From: a virus
DNA length: 64,000 bases
Virus record (IMG/VR): IMGVR_UViG_3300044878_000082
Coordinates: 48,940 to 112,939 of that record
Reading direction: 5' to 3' (one strand)
In this document: in pieces, positions 58,101 through 64,000 of the stretch
Numbering within the stretch: the stretch's first letter is position 1
Layout of the letters: each line of letters opens with the position of its first letter
Notes under the pieces: generated by a model
The model's database searches: none
Told to the model about the DNA's origin: nothing
Seen by the model: the letters and a program-made list of their open reading frames with translations, nothing else
Program-made: the position numbers and the translations under genes

Positions 58101-58958
58101 CACTTTCGACGAAGCGGCGTTCAACAACCGTTCACGGAACAAGTGACTGGCTTGCTCACCCATGTTCGACTTAACGTACTCAGGGAGCGCGGTGTTCTTG
58201 GCGATGATGTCGAGTTGCTGTTTGGATTCTTTCGAGGAAGCCTTGTGCAACTCGTACGTGTCACGCAGAGTGAAGTACTGGAGGAATTGCAGTTCCAGAT
58301 GCTTCTTCTGATACTTCGACGCAATTTGGTCTTGGTAGGCAACCTGACGGTTAATCCCACTCAGGATCGCATTGAGGGTTTGCAACTCAGTCTTGAACCG
58401 AGCTGTTTCCTGTTTGGTTTTGGTGGCGTCCGCTACCTCGTCTTCTGCCTTGTCGCGAGCATCGTTCTCCATTTGAAGCTTGAAGATGTCCGCAACTTCA
58501 GAGTTGATCTGAGCGTCACGAGTCTGATCTACCGACGGACCTTTAAAGTCGTGGTCAGTAGTCATGTCCTCCAGTTTCTTTTGAAGTTTCTCTGGCAGTA
58601 AACTTTTGGTGAGAGGCAGAACCCGTCTGGCGACGCGCTTTGCGTCTTTTATTACAGGCTTCAATTCCTCGGCGGTCGTATGGTATAGTTCGCGTCCAGT
58701 TGACGCTATGGTATCGGCGAGATTAGTCGCTTTACCATAGCCTTCTGGTAACGCATCCAGGGCCATCTTGCGAACCCTGGTGGGGTCTGTCAGTTCTTCA
58801 GCCGCACCTTTTAAGAACGAGGTTGCAACTTTGACAACAGGTTTGCGATCATCTGTGGGAGGCGGTGCATCGAAGTCAGCAAAGTCATCATTGCCGAAGT
58901 CCATGTCATCCCAATTCAAGTCATCGTCATCCCCAATTTCGTTCTTATCCTTAGCCAT
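52188..58958 (-). CDS. Tail-associated lytic transglycosylase / tape-measure-like protein (phiKZ gp181-like)
   Basis: 2256 aa; SLT motifs MASIESGF, SSATGLYQFISGTW and YLAHFLGPGGA; hydrophobic G/A-rich middle. Confidence 0.9.
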   Translation of the reverse strand: MAKDKNEIGDDDDLNWDDMDFGNDDFADFDAPPPTDDRKPVVKVATSFLKGAAEELTDPTRVRKMALDALPEGYGKATNLADTIASTGRELYHTTAEELKPVIKDAKRVARRVLPLTKSLLPEKLQKKLEDMTTDHDFKGPSVDQTRDAQINSEVADIFKLQMENDARDKAEDEVADATKTKQETARFKTELQTLNAILSGINRQVAYQDQIASKYQKKHLELQFLQYFTLRDTYELHKASSKESKQQLDIIAKNTALPEYVKSNMGEQASHLFRERLLNAASSKVNQFAKGYIDKYKDNIIKAGKANIGAFKDAAMQGIMTGDALLDAQESMADIGEKSDKYTTAGGFIGGQAGGWIGNKLSKFAKPLLEKNPGIAKWGNKLEYGVDNFASLASDWAKSDKGENTGSEWFNKALRGFKNLSPTEVVDSGLGDTDLTKSQDAVPFNHLARKTLTDIIPGYLSRIHHELAIIRTGDPTIQRLSYDLKDGSFASMDKVTKSMGSALFDQTKNFDKVKDTTNSLIDGLETQHGKKLNDTQRKALYDKFIGEAASGQGRFDVKKFSDVDQWKDLSDDDALQLSYMFSDDVGEENQNKYSKEFLKIREGVNNPTDAIKGLIDSGQLESMRALGLVTGEGDARKVSQERIVDILRNGGFGEPTADRNPPDGNPPNGLNNRPGGGGPLGDLRNASDAPQAAGANPGGLDTPKNPNEFMETIGEYQMLLLEDIRKGIANPQALAQYADAARSDPKASEEECTCVDKMIDAYKAGNDELAQHLANVYELLASGQLQTMSMGIPFDPEKAKGLLGRGLGKIKNAGKWGFGKVGGFYKGAMGLQGKLIKGGFKGAWAGAKGVGNMLFGKAKDKLNEWGDVYIKGTGRPILTWAQLKAGEYFNEDGTPITAWKDVKGPVKNKAGAYVLTAEQFAKGLVDEHARPMFTKIKDFGTKWAGRLNSMITSPFRGIKDAIKGTYNTVKNFVERPRDMYLPGNPVPVLLATVMAAGGYKNSDGSPIKKMTDIKGTVYDLEGNVVISLESLKQGLVDISGKKFKSLGRAAWDGAKKLVGGAFSLGKKAFNFTKNTMAKTLGGLKKGAGNLFNKGKGVLKGVKMPGMGGSSEMMEVIGEYQILLLEEIRDAIRANSPKKVKGDFDGDGVRNGAGEMLSANRKKNREEREAKQKAREEERNKGKGEKKGGLLGLLGMIAGGVMGMAKNLLSLPKALMTMAKSLSVLKGLSNLIPGGKTLGKMGRGVASVGRGLMGAGGMLGRAAMGVGRVALGGTGTLLRGAWAVGSMAVGVLGAPVVLGIAAAAAVGYLGYKAWKSYKKSKNSDLLKYRVAQYGLNYDDDDQTSKVFELESIIGPNIKFNSKAPTIDWKNVDVKRVREIFGIKEDDPEAIQRFGKWFETRFGPVFVSHMKMLQKYSTSTKIEDADEAVKIEDKLKFLEGVQVDDAEATYGEMTSPFGEDALSMGPSDVKRVYDEVVAHIKESLPEKKDPAAPKESLLSKAGNLAAMLSPVGLAAKGLKKLADMTGLSGLAEKAGGWISDHATDIAKVMPGIGLGIMAFNWLKDKIMGKEFKVPSILNREIDPLTSIRYRLYGLLSMEYVKASPISRLEELVIKDISYNGMKKAEWDGDTDDVWKELGATFTSSPDSEEIKTRWMKWFSDRFLPVLISYLTAVQKFLANGNPFEAYDRIKASQAYEIARFINGATSNEEKDGVSVWSVSASPFDNYQLGTDSSIVKPFMDALQEAANKETLNEKVKTGQAAKVQALVDKVTGGSGANGPPSPLYKDRGVAERSGAPKALLKAMYGVLPMAGGDAGYTTGGLGTLDVGAGSGGTIAGLPEVTGPDGEYSTYKDMIIAVSKMVGVDPGLMATMASIESGFRGRVKASTSSATGLYQFISGTWKTMMAKYGAKYGLDPNTPPSDPRANALMGAEYIRENSEILKAKTGRAPSDTDIYLAHFLGPGGAAKLLKADPQANAATLMPQAASANKSIFFADGRPRTVAQVYAEIDRRVKVHRTKYAGDARSAGGFSADVSTATPSPSIPGITPIGGAGAAPSPSASAAPTGAGTVGIMAPASAPTPGAPAGDTPPAAPSVEAPANSLSPMAKTVGVMMPTPNASAPTTVAPVTSNVPAGGVGPGEPALGGSSIVAEAAVIRKAQAERQAQATSLQDQESNAQLNQNFSGVAEVMKKQLETQLKMAQSLDNIDQGIQKLVEGSSTPTGQEPARSEPQSSRSNAPPKPTDVPVRMTPISMKRIQAK

Positions 58959-59019
58959 GGTTACGCTCCCGGCTCTTGGGTGAAGTATTGGTATTCATAT
59001 AAATTCCTGAGAGTTGCCA

Positions 59020-60651
59020 ATGAAAAATAGTCAGATTCCTTTTAACGTTTCCATCTTGAATCTTACTCCTGAGAAACTCAAGATGTTACGTCCCGTAAAG
59101 TCCCCGGACGTTTACGATCAAGTTACTGGCAACTTCCATGAAGATGGGCTGTTCTCAGTGTTGACTTTTGGTCGAGTGGGTGACGAAATTCGAGATCAGA
59201 AGTTCTCTTATATCGACATGCACTTGAATGTCCTTCATCCTACTATTTACCGCGCTTTGGTGCAGTTGCGTTCTCTGTATCGCGACATCATGGGTGGTAC
59301 TGCTTACGCCCAGTGGAGTAACGAGGAAAACGACTTCGTCCCAGCCAACGAAATGACTGGTGAGACGGGCTACGCTTTCTTCTTGAAGCACTGGAAGAAG
59401 ATCAAGTTCAAAGACTCCAAGTCTCCGGTTCGTATTGAACGAATCAAGATGATTCAGAAGTACATCGCGATCTCCACCACCAAACAAATGCTCGTGATGC
59501 CAGCCGGCTTGCGCGACTTTGTAATTGATGCCAGTGGACGTGGTACTGAGGACGAAATCAACGACGTGTACCGTCGTGTCCTCGGAGCCTCTAAAGTCAT
59601 CGTAGGGGCTGACGGAGCAGAAACCTCCCCGTTGTACGACAACAGTCGTAAGTCGCTCCAGATGGGCTTCAACGAGATCTACGACACTGTCCTGTCGATG
59701 ATTACCGGGAAGAAAGGTTTTATCCAAGAGAAGTTCGGTTCGCGTCGTATCTTTAACGGTACTCGAAACGTAATCTCGGCGATGGATACCTCCACAGCGG
59801 ATCTGGATGGCGTGCAAGCTCCTGACTACACGGACACCATCCTCGGTCTGTTCCAAGTGATCAAAGGTGCGCTACCTCTGACCATCAACTTGCTGCGCAA
59901 CGGTTGGTTGGGTGAAGTGTTCTCGGTCGGTGGTTCGGCCACTACTGCGAAACTGGTGGATGCCAAGACTCTGAAGTCAGAGATGGTTGACTTGCCTTCG
60001 GACACTCGTGACCGTTGGATCACCGTGGAAGGTTTGGAGAAGGTCATCGAGTCGTATCGAATCGTTGAGAACCGTCACAAGCCGATCATCGTGGAAGGAC
60101 GTTACCTCGGTCTGATCTACAAAGGTCCGGACATGACGTACCGTATCTTTGGTGACATCGAGGAACTCCCCGAGGGGTTCGATCGCAAGTACGTGGAACC
60201 GATCACGTTGGTTGAACTGCTCTACCTGTCGGGCTACCGCAAGTGGAACACGCTGAAGACCATCGTGACTCGTTACCCAGTAATTGGTATCGGCTCGACT
60301 TATCCTTCCACCATCTACACCAAGACCAGCATTGTGGGCGAGATGCGCTACGAGCTGGATCAGAACTGGCAGAAGATGGGCGATGAGTTTATGACGTTGG
60401 AATTCCCGACCCGTGAACCAAATGCTTTCGTGGACAGCCAAGTAATTCACCCTTCACGCCTTGCAGGTCTGGATGCCGACTTTGACGGTGACACGGCTTC
60501 GTCCACACTGGTCTACACCTCTGAGGCCATTGACGAGATCGACAAGCTGCTCAACAGTCGTGAAGCATTCCTCGACCCCCGTGGCGGCTTCCGTGCTTCG
60601 TGTAACGTGACCACGGTGAAACTCGTTTTGAGAAATATGACCGGAGATTAA
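59020..60651 (+). CDS. Virion RNA polymerase beta'-like catalytic subunit (phiKZ gp180-like)
   Basis: GLFS..FG, PAGLRD, GKKG, SRRIFNGTRNV, TRYP and catalytic LDADFDGD. Confidence 0.92.
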   Translation: MKNSQIPFNVSILNLTPEKLKMLRPVKSPDVYDQVTGNFHEDGLFSVLTFGRVGDEIRDQKFSYIDMHLNVLHPTIYRALVQLRSLYRDIMGGTAYAQWSNEENDFVPANEMTGETGYAFFLKHWKKIKFKDSKSPVRIERIKMIQKYIAISTTKQMLVMPAGLRDFVIDASGRGTEDEINDVYRRVLGASKVIVGADGAETSPLYDNSRKSLQMGFNEIYDTVLSMITGKKGFIQEKFGSRRIFNGTRNVISAMDTSTADLDGVQAPDYTDTILGLFQVIKGALPLTINLLRNGWLGEVFSVGGSATTAKLVDAKTLKSEMVDLPSDTRDRWITVEGLEKVIESYRIVENRHKPIIVEGRYLGLIYKGPDMTYRIFGDIEELPEGFDRKYVEPITLVELLYLSGYRKWNTLKTIVTRYPVIGIGSTYPSTIYTKTSIVGEMRYELDQNWQKMGDEFMTLEFPTREPNAFVDSQVIHPSRLAGLDADFDGDTASSTLVYTSEAIDEIDKLLNSREAFLDPRGGFRASCNVTTVKLVLRNMTGD

Positions 60652-60654
60652 TCC

Positions 60655-63600
60655 ATGATTCTGTACCCCATTTGGTATCGTCGGTTCGGTGTGCGTCGTC
60701 TACCGAACTTCACGCTACCTGTTACGTTCGGGATCAGTAAGTTGTCGCTTCCACAGGGGGCGGTGATCAACTGGTTCCCTGAGGACACTGTGGCCTTCGG
60801 TCCGGGTGTTGAAGACTGTCTGATCAAGACCGCAGAACGCATGGTCTTTGTCGAACACATCACCGAGATGCAAAGCGACATTGGTAATCCGAAGCCGACC
60901 CCATTCATCATGGGTAAGCCACTGCGGGACTATCAACGGAAGAACCGGACTAAGCTCCGTCTGTTGACCAACCCGCAAGCGGCGTTTGCAAACCCTCGGA
61001 CCATCGTGCTCGAGAACTTTGCCCCGTTGTTGTTCACCAAGCGTTACACCACCAGCTTCTTTGCTAACTACTACCGTTGGGTGAATATTCGCCACACGAT
61101 GTGGAAGCACATGGACAAGCTGATCGACTCGCAGCCTGAACGTTGCCAGTTCGTACGGATGATCCTACCACCGGTGTTGCCTGCCCTGCCGGCTTTGCGA
61201 TTGGCTGAGAAGCGTATCGACCGGACTACCTTGAGCAAGCTCCAGGGTTGGGAAACCTACAACCTGTTGGACATGTTCCAGTGGTTGGGTGAACTGCGTG
61301 CTGAGTCGCCGATGGGTAACCTCAAGCCTGAGAATTACTCCAAGGTCAACATGGTGTTCCAGAGCCAAGACAAATGGTTCTGTATCAACCTTGGTTTGCT
61401 GGACTCGTGGCGGGCGAAGATTGTCGACGGGAAGAAGACCGATGGGGTTGACCCGTTCGTCTTGCAGAAACGTTTCCTCAAGGCAATGATGACTCTGCAA
61501 GAAGCCCACACCATCGTGGACATCGAAGACGAGGCCGAACAGGAAGACGATGAAGACGATCTCCACGGCGTCGACAACGAGAAGCCTAAGACGCCTAAGC
61601 GTCGTGCGGAGGACTTCGAACCGGTTGCCCTGACTGACGAAGAGGAGATGATCTCTGACGCCAGCTTCCAAGAAGAGATGGAACGTCATCTGAAGGAAGA
61701 CTTGGAGCAGGCCAAGAAAGACGGCTTGATGGACGATGATCTGGATAACGACCTTGACGGGTTGCAGATGATCGAAGAAAACGCTGCCGAGGCTGAAGAC
61801 GACGCGATTACTGCCACTGACCTGATTGTGATCGGGGGTGAACGTAAGAGCATGGACCAAGGGATCATCGAGAAGGCCAATGAACTGGCTGACACGGGTA
61901 TGGTCTCCGGGGCTGAGTATCGTCGCTTGATGAAACTTGCCAACAGCTATAAAGAGATCCCGAACCCGTACGGTAAAGGAACTCTGGCTGACCACATGGT
62001 CATCAAACCTGAGTCGCTGAAGATCACCAAGCCGGTGTTTATTCCAGACTCCCCGACGGTATTCGACAAGTCGATGTTGCAATCGTCTTTGCTCGAGTTC
62101 GACAAACGTTACATCGAAGACATCCTTCCTAAGGACGTGGTGAATTCGGTGATGTCGATTCAGAATGCTGGCGTGGCGGTTACCTCGTACGAAGTTGAGG
62201 ACGTGGAAGACGTTCTGAACCACTACGAGATCCACACCATCAAACTGACTCCGGCCACTGGTCAGAGTTCGACCATTCGTTTCAAGATTCCTAAGGTGGA
62301 TTCTGATGGATCATATCTGGCAAACGGCGTCCGGTACAGTCTTCGTAAGCAACGTGGCGATGTACCAATTCGCAAGGTTAGTTCGTCCCGTGTTGCTCTC
62401 ACTAGTTATTACGGTAAAGTCTTTGTTGACCGCTCCGAACGAGCAGTAAACGATTACCCGAAATGGCTGTGCAACAAGATCCGAGCCATCGGTCTGGATG
62501 ACGCTGACAAACGTGTGACGGACATGAAGCCGTCGAACGTGTTCGATCACCTACTCAACGTTCCCAAGCTGTACAGTACGCTGGCTCAACACTTCCGTCG
62601 TTTCAAAGCGGTGGGGATTGAGTTCAACCTGGAATACACCAAGCGTGAAGAAGAGTTTGGTGCCAAGGCTGTCCAAGCGGCAGAAGGTAAAGGGCTGACG
62701 GTTATCGGTCGTAAAGGTACTGAACTGGTGCTGGTCGATCAATACGACACCCTCTACGCGGTCAAGCCTAAAGGGCTGGAACCTCTCGGCAAGATCGAAG
62801 AGCTGTTGGAACTCGACATCACCAATGCTCCAATGGAGATGGCGGAGCTGCGGGTATTCAACAAGACCATTCCTTTGGGTCTGGTGCTCAGCTACTACCT
62901 CGGTCTGGAACGTGTCATCAAGTCACTCAAGCCTTCCTCGTTCCGTCGCAGTCCTGTCGGTGAACGACTGAAGCTGGCTGACGGTGAATACGTGGTTCGT
63001 TTCGCTGACGAGAACCTGATCTTCCATCGTGACGACAAAGTCATTGCGCTGTTGATGGAAGGCTTTAACACGTACGCCAAAACGATCAAGAACTACAGCG
63101 TTCAAGACTTCAACCGCAAGGACGTGTACCTCAACGTTCTGGAAACCAACAAGATCGGTGTGCGCTTCTTGCGTGAGCTGGATCTGTTGCGTGACATGTT
63201 TGTCGATCCGGTCACCTACGACTTGCTCGTAGAGATGAAAGAACCAACCCAGTGGGAAGGACTGCTGACTCGTGCAGTGGAACTGTTGATCACGGATTGG
63301 GCACCGGCTGAGACCGACATGGAGTACATGCGGATCAAAGGCTACGAACGTATTGCTGGCGCTGTGTATGCAGAGATCGTTCGCTCGACTCGTATCCACA
63401 ATGCTCGCCGTGGTAGTTCAGGTAACAAACTGGAGATGGCTCCCCACGCTATCTGGCAGTCGATCCAAGAAGACCCGTCGAAAGGTCTAGTGGAAGAGTC
63501 CAACCCCATTGAGTGCTTGCGTACTCAAGAGGCTGTGACCTTCGGTGGTGTGGGTGGTCGTTCCCGTCGTTCGATGGTCAAACGTTCTCGCGTGTTCCAC

Positions 63601-64000
63601 CCGAACGACATGGGGGTAATCTCCGAGTCGACAGTGGACTCCGGCGACGTAGCTATCTCGACGTTCCTGACTGCTGACCCAAACTTCACTTCGCTACGTG
63701 GTATCTCTGGTCGTTACAAGCCAGGTGTGGACGGTGCTACTAAGTTGATCTCAACCGCTGCGTTGGTATCGCCTTGTGCTGACCGAGATGACCCTAAGCG
63801 GGTTAACTTTATTGGCATTCAGTATCACTCGACCATGTTCTCTGAAGGTTATCAAGTCCAGCCGGTTCAGACTGGCTACGACGAAGTAATCGCTCACCGT
63901 GTGAATGACCTGTTTGCTTACACGGCGAAAGACGATGGACAGATCACGGCTGTGAGTGACGATGCCATTACCGTGCAATATAAAGACGGTAGCACCAAGT
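60655..64000 (+). CDS. Virion RNA polymerase beta-like subunit (phiKZ gp178-like), 3' end beyond the window
   Basis: Not in the ORF track. ATG at 60655 gives MILYPIWYRRFGVRR; the same frame gives SRVFHPNDMGVISESTVDSG and DRDDPKRVNF near the end (RpoB-like). Confidence 0.9.
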   Translation, partial: MILYPIWYRRFGVRRLPNFTLPVTFGISKLSLPQGAVINWFPEDTVAFGPGVEDCLIKTAERMVFVEHITEMQSDIGNPKPTPFIMGKPLRDYQRKNRTKLRLLTNPQAAFANPRTIVLENFAPLLFTKRYTTSFFANYYRWVNIRHTMWKHMDKLIDSQPERCQFVRMILPPVLPALPALRLAEKRIDRTTLSKLQGWETYNLLDMFQWLGELRAESPMGNLKPENYSKVNMVFQSQDKWFCINLGLLDSWRAKIVDGKKTDGVDPFVLQKRFLKAMMTLQEAHTIVDIEDEAEQEDDEDDLHGVDNEKPKTPKRRAEDFEPVALTDEEEMISDASFQEEMERHLKEDLEQAKKDGLMDDDLDNDLDGLQMIEENAAEAEDDAITATDLIVIGGERKSMDQGIIEKANELADTGMVSGAEYRRLMKLANSYKEIPNPYGKGTLADHMVIKPESLKITKPVFIPDSPTVFDKSMLQSSLLEFDKRYIEDILPKDVVNSVMSIQNAGVAVTSYEVEDVEDVLNHYEIHTIKLTPATGQSSTIRFKIPKVDSDGSYLANGVRYSLRKQRGDVPIRKVSSSRVALTSYYGKVFVDRSERAVNDYPKWLCNKIRAIGLDDADKRVTDMKPSNVFDHLLNVPKLYSTLAQHFRRFKAVGIEFNLEYTKREEEFGAKAVQAAEGKGLTVIGRKGTELVLVDQYDTLYAVKPKGLEPLGKIEELLELDITNAPMEMAELRVFNKTIPLGLVLSYYLGLERVIKSLKPSSFRRSPVGERLKLADGEYVVRFADENLIFHRDDKVIALLMEGFNTYAKTIKNYSVQDFNRKDVYLNVLETNKIGVRFLRELDLLRDMFVDPVTYDLLVEMKEPTQWEGLLTRAVELLITDWAPAETDMEYMRIKGYERIAGAVYAEIVRSTRIHNARRGSSGNKLEMAPHAIWQSIQEDPSKGLVEESNPIECLRTQEAVTFGGVGGRSRRSMVKRSRVFHPNDMGVISESTVDSGDVAISTFLTADPNFTSLRGISGRYKPGVDGATKLISTAALVSPCADRDDPKRVNFIGIQYHSTMFSEGYQVQPVQTGYDEVIAHRVNDLFAYTAKDDGQITAVSDDAITVQYKDGSTK

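Noticed and set aside
1-64000. tRNAs, introns, inteins, recoded genetic code
   Set aside because: No cloverleaf, interrupted core gene or intein boundary was seen by eye, and genes tile fully in the standard code. A covariance-model scan was not run.

Overview
This 64 kb window is a gene-dense segment of a phiKZ-like (Chimalliviridae-type) jumbo myophage genome in the standard genetic code. phiKZ gp numbers below are recalled from motif resemblance, not from a database search. The left half is mostly structural: portal, virion proteins, a RuvC-like resolvase, two membrane proteins, an S-M-E-processed head protein and an endolysin. It also holds a ~14 kb tail-fibre cluster with NPH-repeat fibres, three gp131-like paralogs, a GATase-like/lectin protein and a gp38-like polyglycine adhesin split into two genes. 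The middle has a central spike plus PAAR tip, SbcC, RNase HI, UvsX and a small early operon. The right end has a NADAR-like protein, a 2256-aa tail lytic transglycosylase and three virion RNA polymerase subunit genes; the beta-like gene runs off the window and is absent from the ORF track. The best leads are: (1) 11 intergenic hairpins followed by TATG(C/A), mostly without a U-tract; (2) an early operon whose small genes carry mix-and-match repeated leader modules; (3) the split adhesin and a possibly modular fibre system; (4) a 12-fold LxG(F/L)xY repeat tail on a virion protein. I found no tRNA, CRISPR array, reverse transcriptase or mobile element by eye.
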